A stretch of 30,206 nt of DNA from a bacterium (GCA_046485285.1 JAWOHE010000082.1:1-30206), one strand, 5' to 3'. Counted from the stretch's first letter, positions 18,037 through 27,073 are shown. The notes: generated by a model not told the origin, from the sequence alone. A program made the numbers and translations.

Positions 18037-18144
18037 CTAGCGAGCGACCTGCAGCTTATCGGTCACGGTCTCGAGGCCGGACGCGAGCCGGACGAAGTAA
18101 CTGCCGGCCCGCACCGCCGCACCGCCGTCGGCGCGCAGGTCCCG
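18037..18144 (-). pseudogene. Orphan C-terminal fragment of a FlgD-Ig/T9SS-like sorting domain
   Basis: Manual translation RDLRADGGAAVRAGSYFVRLASGLETVTDKLQVAR*. It resembles WDGTDGAGRAVAPGVYFIR of the M28 peptidase tail and has no start of its own. Confidence 0.6.
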
Positions 18145-18168
18145 GCTCAGCCGGCCGGGCGGCTGACG

Positions 18169-18630
18169 TCAGCGCCCGGCGAGGACCGCGAACAGGCTCG
18201 CGATGATGCCGGACTTCGGCGCCGCGAGCGCCTGCTGCTCGGCCGCGGACCTCTTGAGCGCGACGTGCGCCTTCCCGAGCTCGGAGTCATCGAGCCAGAC
18301 GCCGTGTCCCCCGGGGCAGCCGTCGATGGCGAAGGCACCGCGCACGCCCAGGTAGTTGTACGTGTTCAGCTCCCGTCCGCAGCGCGGGCAGTTGTACTTG
18401 TTGGGCTTGCCCATCGCGAACTTCACGCCGCCCGCCTCCCAGCTTCGTCGGATCGGCTCCGGCGCCTTGTCCCAGCCGACCCGGATGACCTCGAGCAGTT
18501 CGTCGCCCTTGGAGTCGAACCAGACGCCCTCGCACTTCGGGCACCGGTCCACCTCGACCTTCCCGACCTTGATCGGCTCAAGCGCGACGCCGCAATACTT
18601 CGGGCACATCGGTTGTGGCTTCCCTGGCAT
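18169..18630 (-). CDS. Tandem zinc-ribbon (zf-TFIIB-like) protein
   Basis: RBS AAGGAG. CPKYC...VDRCPKCEGVWFD and CPRC...IDGCPGGHGVWLDDSEL; C-terminal amphipathic helix GIIASLFAVL. Confidence 0.85.
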   Translation of the reverse strand: MPGKPQPMCPKYCGVALEPIKVGKVEVDRCPKCEGVWFDSKGDELLEVIRVGWDKAPEPIRRSWEAGGVKFAMGKPNKYNCPRCGRELNTYNYLGVRGAFAIDGCPGGHGVWLDDSELGKAHVALKRSAAEQQALAAPKSGIIASLFAVLAGR

Positions 18631-18715
18631 TCTGTCTCCTTTCATCTGCATCGCAGTCTGCGGGTCGGAGTCGCCAGGCCGTCGCTCAACACCACGGCGG
18701 CCGGCATCGACGGGC

Positions 18716-21166
18716 TCACTTCTGCGGACACGCCTGCTGCGCCGCCGAGCGGATGGCGGACGCCCGCGCGCCGAGTTCCCGGGCTTCCGCTTCCCGGCCG
18801 GTCTTCCCGCACAGGCCGGCCAGGACATCCAGCGACACCGCCACGAGGGGGTGGTTGGGGCCCAGTCTGGCTTCCCGGATCGCCAGGGCCCGCCGCGCCA
18901 GCGGCTCGGCCTCAGCCCACCTGTCCTGTGCGTACAGCAGGGCGGCCAGGTTGCCCAGCAGGTGGGCGACGTTCGGGTGCTGAGGGCCCAGCGCCTTCTC
19001 GAGGACGGCCAGTCCCCGCCGCGCCAGCGGCTCGGCTTCGGCATACTTCTTCTGCGACTTGAGCAGCATCGCGAGGTTGTGCAGCACCCCGGCGATGCGC
19101 GGGTGCTCCAGTCCCAGCTTCTTCTCAAGTATGGTAAGGGCTCGCCGGTGCAGGGCCTCGGCTTCGGCCTCGGCCTCCTTACCCATTCGACCCAGCAGGG
19201 CGGCGAGGTTGTCCATGTTGTTGGCGACATCCGGGTGCTCCGGCCCCAACGCCTCTTCCCTGATGGCGATAGCCCGACGGTGCAGCGGCACGGCTTCGGC
19301 ATACCTGTCTTGCTGCGAGAGCAGCACGGCGAAGTTGTTCAGGCAGATGGCCACCTGGGGGTGCCGTTGGCCGAGAGTCTTCTCCAGGACTACCAGGGCT
19401 CGCCGAAACAGCGACTCGGCTTCGGCGGTCCTGTTGCGGTCCTGCAGCAGGCTCGCCAGGTCGTTCAGGCAGGCGGCCACCTGGGGATGCTCCGCTCCCA
19501 GCGCCCGCTCGGAAATCGCCAGGGCTCGCCGCGCGAGCGGCTCGGCCTCGGCGAAGTCACCGTGCAGTCGCCAGAGCAGCATCGCCAGGTTGTCGAGGTT
19601 TTCGCCCACGGCCGGATGGTCGGGCCCGAGCTCGGCCTCGAGGTCGCGCCCCAACCTCTCGTAGAACTGCACGAGCAGCCGCCACTGCGCCGCTTGGTAG
19701 AACGGCTCGGCCTGCTCGTGGAGCCATCGACAGAAATCCAGCACCGGCAGTGCGGCCCGGCCGTGGTGGAACCCCTCGTCCAGCGCCCCCTTGTGCCGCT
19801 CGGTGACGTTGCCGATGTCGATGTCCTTGAGTCGTCCGGTGTAGTGCTCGAGAATCCGGCGGTGCACGCGCCGCACCAGTTCCGGCGACGCGTTCTCCCG
19901 GAGCGCCTGCTGCATCAGTTGGTGCATGGTCCAGACGCCGTGAGCGGCTTCCTCGTTGATGAACGAGAATCGGCACAGGTCGGCGAAGGCGGTCAGCGGG
20001 AACCCGGTCTGGAACTCGCGGACCAGGGTCTCGAACAGCTCGAGGTCCCAGAACCGCGGCACGGCCAGCAGCTTCAGCGTCTCGACCTCGGGCTGGGTCA
20101 GGTGTCTGATGAAACGCTCGGTCACCTCCCGGCCGGTCCGGCCGAAGTCGCCGGGCTCGGGCTTGCGGCCCAGGCGGTCCGATATCTCCCGGAAGGCGTC
20201 CACCGCCAGGTCGAGGTAGTAAGGCACACCCTGACCACCGGTGACGATCGCGTCCTGCACCGGCCCCTCACCGATGCCGCACGAGGCGAGGAAGCGCCGG
20301 GCGTCGTCCCCGGACAGGCCGCCGACCAGGTGCTGGTCCAGGCAGTCGGCCCATTCCGCGTCGATGTCCGCCCAGCGCAGCATCTCGCGGCCGCAGATCA
20401 CCCACAGCACCTCGGGCAACTGGGCAACGAGCTCCCGGACCCACGCGTCCTGCTGGTGGCGCCGGGCGTCAGTCCGCTCGCCCGCGGCCAGCGCCTCGTA
20501 GGTGTCGAGGAACAGGACCGCGCGGCGGGACTTCCGGCTGAGGAAGTCCCTGAGGTCCGCGGCCCAGAACATCGGCAGCCGCTCGGCGATCTGTGGCGGC
20601 TCGAGTGCGGGCAGGTCGCGGAGTTCCTGCGAGCCCCGGCGCGTCCACCACTCCTGCAGGGCGTGTCCGCCCCGGGCGGCGAGCATCGCGAACTTGGGCA
20701 CGGCCTCGACAAACGGGATGCTGCCGCAGGCAGCCAGCATCTCCGTGACCATATCGCCGTCCTCGAGGAGCGGCAGAGTCGATCGGTTCATCGGCGTCTG
20801 GGGCCGGGTCTTCTGCCAGAAGGTGGCATAGGCGATGTCGAAGGTCGGGAACCGGACGTGGTTCCGGGTGTGCAGGGCCTTGCGCAGCACGAACAGGGCA
20901 GTTTCCTCGTCGCGGTGTCCCGGCACGTCGAAGTCGACAGTCGCGGTGACCGCTTCGGGCGCCTCGGCGAACAGCCGGGCGAGTTCGCGGCGGAGGCTGG
21001 ACTTGCCGATTCCGCCGACACCGTAGAAGATCAGCACCGAGGGTTGGTCTCGGCGCCCGGCAGCCAGCGCCTTCCTGAACGCGGCTACGAAATCCTCGCG
21101 GTCGGTGAATTGCCGCGCGGCCCGCTGCGCCGCGGCGCCGAGTGAGTGTTTGGGCTTTACCGGCAT
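18716..21166 (-). CDS. STAND-like P-loop NTPase with C-terminal TPR array
   Basis: RBS GAGGAG. FTDRE, Walker A GVGGIGKS, Walker B LFLDTYE and GVPYYL motifs; about 6 kinesin-light-chain-type 42-aa TPRs (LGPxHPxVAxxLxNLA). Confidence 0.88.
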   Translation of the reverse strand: MPVKPKHSLGAAAQRAARQFTDREDFVAAFRKALAAGRRDQPSVLIFYGVGGIGKSSLRRELARLFAEAPEAVTATVDFDVPGHRDEETALFVLRKALHTRNHVRFPTFDIAYATFWQKTRPQTPMNRSTLPLLEDGDMVTEMLAACGSIPFVEAVPKFAMLAARGGHALQEWWTRRGSQELRDLPALEPPQIAERLPMFWAADLRDFLSRKSRRAVLFLDTYEALAAGERTDARRHQQDAWVRELVAQLPEVLWVICGREMLRWADIDAEWADCLDQHLVGGLSGDDARRFLASCGIGEGPVQDAIVTGGQGVPYYLDLAVDAFREISDRLGRKPEPGDFGRTGREVTERFIRHLTQPEVETLKLLAVPRFWDLELFETLVREFQTGFPLTAFADLCRFSFINEEAAHGVWTMHQLMQQALRENASPELVRRVHRRILEHYTGRLKDIDIGNVTERHKGALDEGFHHGRAALPVLDFCRWLHEQAEPFYQAAQWRLLVQFYERLGRDLEAELGPDHPAVGENLDNLAMLLWRLHGDFAEAEPLARRALAISERALGAEHPQVAACLNDLASLLQDRNRTAEAESLFRRALVVLEKTLGQRHPQVAICLNNFAVLLSQQDRYAEAVPLHRRAIAIREEALGPEHPDVANNMDNLAALLGRMGKEAEAEAEALHRRALTILEKKLGLEHPRIAGVLHNLAMLLKSQKKYAEAEPLARRGLAVLEKALGPQHPNVAHLLGNLAALLYAQDRWAEAEPLARRALAIREARLGPNHPLVAVSLDVLAGLCGKTGREAEARELGARASAIRSAAQQACPQK

Positions 21167-21258
21167 GAATTCCTCCTCGTGCGATCAACTGCCCGCAGCG
21201 ACCGCCGCGGCCGGTCGGCAACTCGCTGGCTCAATCCTCCCGGTATTCTCACCGGGCT

Positions 21259-21286
21259 ATCGTATTCCCCGGCCTGCGGCTGTCAA
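21259..21286 (-). promoter_or_regulatory. Sigma70-type promoter for the STAND-TPR gene
   Basis: Minus strand TTGACA-N16-TACGAT. Confidence 0.5.
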
Positions 21287-21439
21287 GCCTCGGTTATCGG
21301 GTGGCATCTCACCCCCACCCGCATTCCGGGAGCCGCTCCGGGACGGTCCGGTTCTCCGTCTCGACGAGCTCACCGGCCACGCGCTCTAGCGGCCGGGACG
21401 TCAGGGCCGACCGTCCGGCGGGCCGGCCGTGTCTCCCGG

Positions 21440-21468
21440 TTGGCAGGGCGGCCGGACGCGGGTATCAT
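21440..21468 (+). promoter_or_regulatory. Sigma70-type promoter for trmFO, probably leaderless
   Basis: TTGGCA-N17-TATCAT, 6 nt before GTG 21475. Confidence 0.6.
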
Positions 21469-21474
21469 CCGGTC

Positions 21475-22806
21475 GTGAATGTCACGGTCATCGGCGCGGG
21501 GCTGGCCGGGTGCGAGGCCGCGCTGCAACTGGCCCGGCGCGGCATCAGGGTGCGGCTGGTGGAGATGCGGCCCGGGCAGATGACCCTGGCGCACCGGACC
21601 GGCGACGCCGCGGAGCTGGTCTGTTCCAACTCGCTCAAGTCGGACGAGCCGCAGAACGCCCACGGCCTGCTCAAGGCCGAGCTCCGGCTGTACGGCTCGG
21701 TCCTGCTGGAATGCGCTGCGCGGGCCCGGGTGCCGGGCGGCAAGGCGCTGGTCGTGGACCGGGAGCGGTTCTCGGCCGAGGTCGGCGCGGCGCTGGCCGA
21801 AGCCGGCATCACCGTCGAGCGCGGCGAGGCGCACGAACTGCCGGCGGGCGTCGTCGTGGTCGCGTCCGGCCCGCTGACGTCGGACCCGCTGGCCGAATCG
21901 CTGTCCCGGGCGCTTGGCGCGGAGCGATTGTTCTTCTTCGACGCGATCGCGCCGGTGGTGAGCGCGGGCTCGGTGGACCGGTCGGTCGCGTTCGCCGGGT
22001 CGCGCTACGGCGCGGGCGAGGACTACCTCAACTGCCCGCTCGACGAGGCGCAGTACCGGCGGCTGGTTGACGAGCTGGTCCGGGCGGAACTGCACCCGAT
22101 GCGCGACTTCGAGCGCAGGATGCTCTTCGAGGGCTGCCTGCCGGTCGAGGAGCTGGCCCGGCGCGGGCCGGAGACGCTGGCGTTCGGGTCGATGAAACCG
22201 GTCGGATTGCGGCCTTCCAGCCGGGGACACGATCCCGGTTCGGTGGACCGAAGCGGGTCATGTCCCTGTCCTCACGCGGTCGTCCAGCTCCGGCAGGAGA
22301 ACGCGGCCGGGACGATGTTCAACCTCGTCGGGTTCCAGACCCGACTGCGCCAGTCCGAACAGCGCCGGGTGTTCCGCCTGATTCCCGGGCTGGCGCGGGC
22401 CGAGTTCCTGCGCTACGGCGCGATGCACCGGAACAGCTACCTCGATTCGCCCCGGGTGCTCGGGCCGACACTGGCGGCGCGGGCGCGGCCGGGCCTGTTC
22501 GTGGCCGGCCAGCTCACCGGGGTCGAGGGCTATGTCGAGAGCATTGGCGCCGGGCTGGTCGCGGGTGCGAACGCGGCGCGGCTGTGCCGGGGCGAGGAGC
22601 CGCTCGACTGGCCGGGAGAGACGATGCTCGGAGCGCTGCTGGCGTACGTCGGCGCCGGGCCGGCCGGCGGCGGCCGGTTCCAGCCGATGAACGCGAACTT
22701 CGGTCTCCTGCCACGCGCCGGCGGTCGGGGCAGTGAGCGACGCGAGCGCCAGGCCGAGCGGGCGCTGGCCGCGGCGCGCGGGTTCGCGGCACGGCTTCGG
22801 GGATGA
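21475..22806 (+). CDS. trmFO: Methylenetetrahydrofolate-tRNA-(uracil-54)-methyltransferase TrmFO
   Basis: VIGAGLAGCEAA, ELVCSNSL, FFDAIAP, FEGCLPVE, AVVQLRQEN, VGFQT, MHRNSY, AGQLTGVEGY, FQPMNANFG. Confidence 0.95.
   Translation: MNVTVIGAGLAGCEAALQLARRGIRVRLVEMRPGQMTLAHRTGDAAELVCSNSLKSDEPQNAHGLLKAELRLYGSVLLECAARARVPGGKALVVDRERFSAEVGAALAEAGITVERGEAHELPAGVVVVASGPLTSDPLAESLSRALGAERLFFFDAIAPVVSAGSVDRSVAFAGSRYGAGEDYLNCPLDEAQYRRLVDELVRAELHPMRDFERRMLFEGCLPVEELARRGPETLAFGSMKPVGLRPSSRGHDPGSVDRSGSCPCPHAVVQLRQENAAGTMFNLVGFQTRLRQSEQRRVFRLIPGLARAEFLRYGAMHRNSYLDSPRVLGPTLAARARPGLFVAGQLTGVEGYVESIGAGLVAGANAARLCRGEEPLDWPGETMLGALLAYVGAGPAGGGRFQPMNANFGLLPRAGGRGSERRERQAERALAAARGFAARLRG
22224..22266. repeat. Palindromic element inserted in frame within trmFO
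   Basis: GGGACACGATCCCGGTTCGGT-gg-ACCGAAGCGGGTCATGTCCC, an imperfect hairpin that encodes GHDPGSVDRSGSCP. Confidence 0.75.
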
Positions 22807-22836
22807 CGGCCTGCCCGGGCGGTGTTAAGATATGAT

Positions 22837-24381
22837 ATGAGAGCTTGGCTGTCCGTCATTGTCTTTCTGGTCGCCGGGACCGCCGGCGGCGCGAACTGGC
22901 TGGCGCGGGTCAGCGGCCCGTTGCCGGCGAGGAATGTCGTGTTTGCGGCCGAGGGCTGGAGCCTGGTCCGGGCCGAGGCGGCGGAGGTCGAGTCACTGGC
23001 GCTCGCCGGGGTGGAGTTCGAGATGCTCGACGAGTGGCCCGACGGCCGCGGCTACGTCTTCGCGTACTGCCCGGACGGCGCGGCGCGCGCGCTGGCCGCG
23101 ACCTGCGGCCGGGTGCTGGTCGAAGATGCTGCCGGCATCCTGCTCGAGGTCGACGAGCGGGGCATCGGCGCGCTGAACCTCCTGCCGGTTGAGCTCTGCG
23201 GCATCGGGCCGCACGCTCGGCCGGCAGTGGCGGGCTCGGCCGGGCCGACGCCGCGGGCGGCGTCGGACAGCCTCATCCGCGCGCTGGTCGGCCGGGTGAG
23301 CGCGGAATCCTGCCGCGCGACAATCCAGCGGCTCTGGGATTTCCGGACCCGGTACTCGCGGCAGGACTCCTGCCGCCGGGCGGTCGAGTGGGTGCGGGCG
23401 CGGTTCGAGGAGTCGGGCTGTGACAGCACCTGGCTCGAGGAGTACCGTACCGGCTGGGCGCCGAACGCGGTCGGCCTGAAGCGGGGGACGGTCGAGCCGG
23501 AACGGTACTACGTCGTCTGCGCCCACGTTGACGCGACCTCGCCGGACACCGCGAACAACACGCCCGGGTGCGAGGACAACGGCTCGGGCGTCGCGGCGGT
23601 GCTCGAACTGGCGAGGGTGCTGGCGGACATCGAGGTCGAGACGAGCCTGCTGCTGGTCGGGTTCGCGGGCGAGGAGCAGGGGCTGGTCGGCTCGGACTCG
23701 ATGGCGCGGCGGGCGCGGGACCGGGGCGACTCGATCCGGCTGGCGGTGAACTTCGACATGATTTCCTATGCGCGCGAGGACAAGGACACGATTGTCATCT
23801 ACGGCGCGAGCAACCCGCCGAACTCGGAGGCGTTCGTCGAGTTTTTCCGGGCGCAGGCGGACACGTTCACCGACCTCAAGCACTACGCGACGATCGAGCG
23901 CACGCCCGAGGCCCGCTCGGACCACTACTCGTTCTGGAAGTACGGCTTCCCGGCAATCCGGGGCGGGTACCACGACCGCACGCCGACCTACCACACCATC
24001 GGCGACACGATCGGCCCGCTCCACTACGCCAATTGCGGGACCAACAACCTGCCGATGCACGCGGAGGTCGTCAAGGCGCTGGTTGCGACGATGGCGAAGC
24101 TGTCCGGTGCGTCGCCGCAGGTCGGGCTCGCCGGGGGAGCGGGCGCGCGGGCTTGGTTCAGCGTCCGGCCGACGGTCGGGCGCGGGCCGTTCCGGATCCG
24201 GGCGGGCGGGAGCGCGCCGGTGGCGGTGCACGACGCCGGCGGCAGGCTGGTGCGGGCGGTTGCGGACCGGGACGGCGAGTTCGTCTGGGACGGGACCGAC
24301 GGGGCAGGCCGCGCGGTCGCGCCGGGGGTGTACTTCATCCGGGGCGCGGACGCGACCGGCAGGGTGGTAGTTGGCGACTGA
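22837..24381 (+). CDS. Secreted M28-family metallopeptidase with a FlgD-Ig/T9SS-like C-terminal domain
   Basis: Signal peptide; CAHVDA, EDNGSG, GEEQGLVGS, NFDMI, SDHYSF and YHTIGD motifs; tail DAGGRLVR...WDGTD..G..VAPGVYF. Confidence 0.9.
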   Translation: MRAWLSVIVFLVAGTAGGANWLARVSGPLPARNVVFAAEGWSLVRAEAAEVESLALAGVEFEMLDEWPDGRGYVFAYCPDGAARALAATCGRVLVEDAAGILLEVDERGIGALNLLPVELCGIGPHARPAVAGSAGPTPRAASDSLIRALVGRVSAESCRATIQRLWDFRTRYSRQDSCRRAVEWVRARFEESGCDSTWLEEYRTGWAPNAVGLKRGTVEPERYYVVCAHVDATSPDTANNTPGCEDNGSGVAAVLELARVLADIEVETSLLLVGFAGEEQGLVGSDSMARRARDRGDSIRLAVNFDMISYAREDKDTIVIYGASNPPNSEAFVEFFRAQADTFTDLKHYATIERTPEARSDHYSFWKYGFPAIRGGYHDRTPTYHTIGDTIGPLHYANCGTNNLPMHAEVVKALVATMAKLSGASPQVGLAGGAGARAWFSVRPTVGRGPFRIRAGGSAPVAVHDAGGRLVRAVADRDGEFVWDGTDGAGRAVAPGVYFIRGADATGRVVVGD

Positions 24382-24961
24382 GCGACCGTCGCTCGACTTC
24401 CCGGACGCGGCCGGCTGGCGCCGCTGGCTGGCGCGGAACCACGACCGGTCGGACGGCGAGTGGGTGTACCTGTACAAGACGGGCGCCCGGCGCGTCGGGT
24501 TGCGCTACCGCGAGGCGCTGGACGAGGCGCTCTGCTTCGGCTGGATTGACGGCCGCGTGAACGCGGTGGACGAGGACCGGTTCCGGCAGCGCTGGACGCC
24601 GCGCCGGAAGAACAGCACCTGGTCCGAGGCGAACAAACGCCGGGTGCGGAAGCTCACCCGGGCCGGGCGGATGGCCCCGGCAGGGCTGGCCGCGGTGCGC
24701 GCCGCGAAGCGGGACGGGCGCTGGGCGGGGAGCCGGTCCGTTGCCCGCGCGTCGGCAGTGCCGCCGGTCCTGCTCGCCGCGCTCCGGGCCGACCCGGAGG
24801 CGTTTGCCGGATTCCGGGCGTTCGCGCCATCCTACCGGCGGATGTATGCCGGCTGGGTCTTGGCGGCAAAGACCGATGACACCCGCCGGCGCCGCGTCGA
24901 GGCGGTGGTGCGCCGGTCGCGGCAAGGTCAGAGGCCGGGTATCGGCTCGATGTACGAGTAG
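24371..24961 (+). CDS. YdeI/OmpD-associated family protein
   Basis: WRRWLARNH, EALCFGWIDG, TPRRKNSTWS.ANK, GRMAPAG, PSYRR..WV..AKT..TR.RR. Confidence 0.9.
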   Translation: MATERPSLDFPDAAGWRRWLARNHDRSDGEWVYLYKTGARRVGLRYREALDEALCFGWIDGRVNAVDEDRFRQRWTPRRKNSTWSEANKRRVRKLTRAGRMAPAGLAAVRAAKRDGRWAGSRSVARASAVPPVLLAALRADPEAFAGFRAFAPSYRRMYAGWVLAAKTDDTRRRRVEAVVRRSRQGQRPGIGSMYE

Positions 24962-24977
24962 CCGCCGGCGGGTCGGA

Positions 24978-26354
24978 TCAGCGGTCGGCCGCGGGCGGGT
25001 GGAGCAGTGTCCCGGCTTCGGCCGCAGTCAGGATTCCCTTCTCGACCGCGAGTTCGGCGACGCCGGCACCGCGGGCGAGCGCCTCGTCGTAGAGCGCGGC
25101 CGCGGCGAGGTGGCCGATGCGCGGCACGAGCAGGGTGACGAGCGCCGGGTTGAGGGCGAGGCCGGCCCGGCAGCGCGCGGCGTCCGCCTCGATGCCGGCG
25201 ACGCACCGGGCGGTGAACACCGGCAGGAAGCTGGCGAGCAGCTCGACCGATTCGAGCAGGCACTCGGCAATGAGCGGGGTCATCACGTTGAGCTCGAGCT
25301 GGCCGGCCTGGACCGCGAGCGCGACCGCGGTGTCGTTGCCCACGACCCGGAAGCAGACCATCGCGAGGCACTCGGCGAGCGAGGGGTTGACCTTGCCGGG
25401 CATTATCGAGCTGCCGGGCTGGACCGCGGGGAGCCGGATTTCCGCCAGCCCGGCGGTCGGGCCGGAGGCGAGCAGGCGCAGGTCGTTGCCGGCCCGGACG
25501 AGCTCGAGCGCGAGTTCCTTGAGGCTCGACGAGAGCGCGGCGAGCAGGGCGCGGCTCTGGAGCGCCTCGAACGGGTCGCGCGCGGGCCGCAGTTCCTCGC
25601 CGGTGAGGCCGGTGAGCCGGGCGATGACGGCGTCGCGGAACCCCGGTGCCGCGCCCGCGCCGGTCCCGACCGCGGTGCCGCCGATTGCCAGCTCGCGCAG
25701 GCCGTCGCGGCGCTCGCGGAGGCGCGCCGCAGCCCGCTCGACCGCGACCGCCCAGGCGCGGAACTCGTCGCCGAGGGTGACGGGAAGGGCGTCGTTCAGG
25801 TGGGTGCGGCCGGCCTTGACCACGGCCGCGAACTCACGCGCCTTGCGTTCGAGCGCGGCGGCGAGGGCATCGAGCGCGTCGAGCAGGGGTGCGGAGCCGG
25901 CGAGCAGGGCGAGGTGGACCGCGGTCGGAAAGGTGTCGTTCGAACTCTGGCCGAGGTTGACGTGGTCGTTGGGTGACAGGAAGGCGTGGTCGCCACGCGG
26001 CCGGCCGAGGAGTCCGAGCGCGCGGTTGGCGATGACCTCGTTCAGGTTCATGTTCAGCGACGTCCCGGCGCCGGCCTGGTAGGGGTCAACCGGGAACTGG
26101 TCGGCGTGGTCGCCGGCGCGGACTTCTTCGGCGGCGCGGGCAATCGCCTCGCCGCGCACCGGGTCGAGCGCGCCGAGGGCGACGTTGGCCCGGCAGGCGG
26201 CGAGCTTGAGCGTCGCGTAGGCGCGGACGAGGCCCGGCCGCGCGCCGCGGCCGGAGACCGGGAAGTTGCCGACCGCGCGCAGGGTCTGGACGCCGTAGAG
26301 CGCGGCGTCGGGAAGCTCAAGCGGGCCGAGCGCGTCCCGTTCGATGCGCGGCAT
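24978..26354 (-). CDS. aspA: Aspartate ammonia-lyase / class II fumarase family protein
   Basis: RIERDALG, YGVQTLRA, QAGAGTSLNMNLNEV, QSSND, GRTHL and GSSIMPGKVNP motifs. The ATG overlaps the sdhB TGA. AspA versus FumC is not resolved. Confidence 0.8.
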   Translation of the reverse strand: MPRIERDALGPLELPDAALYGVQTLRAVGNFPVSGRGARPGLVRAYATLKLAACRANVALGALDPVRGEAIARAAEEVRAGDHADQFPVDPYQAGAGTSLNMNLNEVIANRALGLLGRPRGDHAFLSPNDHVNLGQSSNDTFPTAVHLALLAGSAPLLDALDALAAALERKAREFAAVVKAGRTHLNDALPVTLGDEFRAWAVAVERAAARLRERRDGLRELAIGGTAVGTGAGAAPGFRDAVIARLTGLTGEELRPARDPFEALQSRALLAALSSSLKELALELVRAGNDLRLLASGPTAGLAEIRLPAVQPGSSIMPGKVNPSLAECLAMVCFRVVGNDTAVALAVQAGQLELNVMTPLIAECLLESVELLASFLPVFTARCVAGIEADAARCRAGLALNPALVTLLVPRIGHLAAAALYDEALARGAGVAELAVEKGILTAAEAGTLLHPPAADR

Positions 26355-27073
26355 CAGTCCGCTCCGGCCCCGGCGGGCGGCTTCCGGCCGAGCCTGGCGA
26401 GCCGGGCCCGGGCCTGGCCGATGGCGAGGTTGGGCGGCACGCCACGCGGGCAGACTTCCCGGCAGTTGGCGTGGAAACGGCACGCCCACCAGCCTTCCGG
26501 CCGGTCGGCGATGAGCAGGCGCGCGTCGCCATTGCCCTCGCGGGGGTCGAGGCAGAAGCGCCAGAGCCGGGCGAGCGCGGCCGGGCCGAGGTAGTCGGCC
26601 CGCTCGCCATTGACCGGGCAGGCGGCGTAGCAGGCGGCGCAGAGGATGCAGTTGGTGTAGGGCTCGAGCTTCGCGACCTCGGCCGGCGTCATCGGGTACT
26701 CGCGCCCGGGCGCCGGCGCGGCGGGCTTGAGCGCCGGTTCGACCGCCCGCCAGTGGTCGAAGAACCGGGTCATGTCGACGACGAGGTCCTTGAGCACCGG
26801 CAGGTCGGGCAGGGGCTCGACGAGGACCTCGCCGCCGGCCAGCGCCGTGACCTGGGTCCGGCAGGCGAGGCACGGGACCTTGTTGATGAGCATCGCGCAG
26901 GAGCCGCAGACCGCGCCCCGGCAGGAGTAGCGGAAGCTCAGCGTCGGGTCTAGTCGCTCCTGGATGCGGAAGAGCGCGCCGAGCACGGTCATCCCCGGCT
27001 CGGGCTCGAGCGTGAAGGTATCGAGCCGGGCGGCGTTCGTCTCCGGGTCGTAGCGGCGGACCTTGACGACCAT
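26354..27073 (-). CDS. sdhB: Succinate dehydrogenase/fumarate reductase iron-sulfur subunit
   Basis: SCRGAVCGSCAM...LAC, KDLVVD, CILCAACYAACP, CRFHANCREVCP. Confidence 0.93.
   Translation of the reverse strand: MVVKVRRYDPETNAARLDTFTLEPEPGMTVLGALFRIQERLDPTLSFRYSCRGAVCGSCAMLINKVPCLACRTQVTALAGGEVLVEPLPDLPVLKDLVVDMTRFFDHWRAVEPALKPAAPAPGREYPMTPAEVAKLEPYTNCILCAACYAACPVNGERADYLGPAALARLWRFCLDPREGNGDARLLIADRPEGWWACRFHANCREVCPRGVPPNLAIGQARARLARLGRKPPAGAGAD

Noticed and set aside
18147-18171. Selenocysteine recoding of the TGA followed by a hairpin
   Set aside because: The TGA is not at a Cys-equivalent position, and the hairpin fits a terminator equally well.
18631-19302. Apparent N-terminal extension of the zinc-ribbon ORF
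   Set aside because: It is an off-frame reading of the TPR gene. The RBS supports ATG 18630.
18356-21145. 929-aa plus-strand ORF
   Set aside because: Antisense shadow of the STAND-TPR and zinc-ribbon genes.
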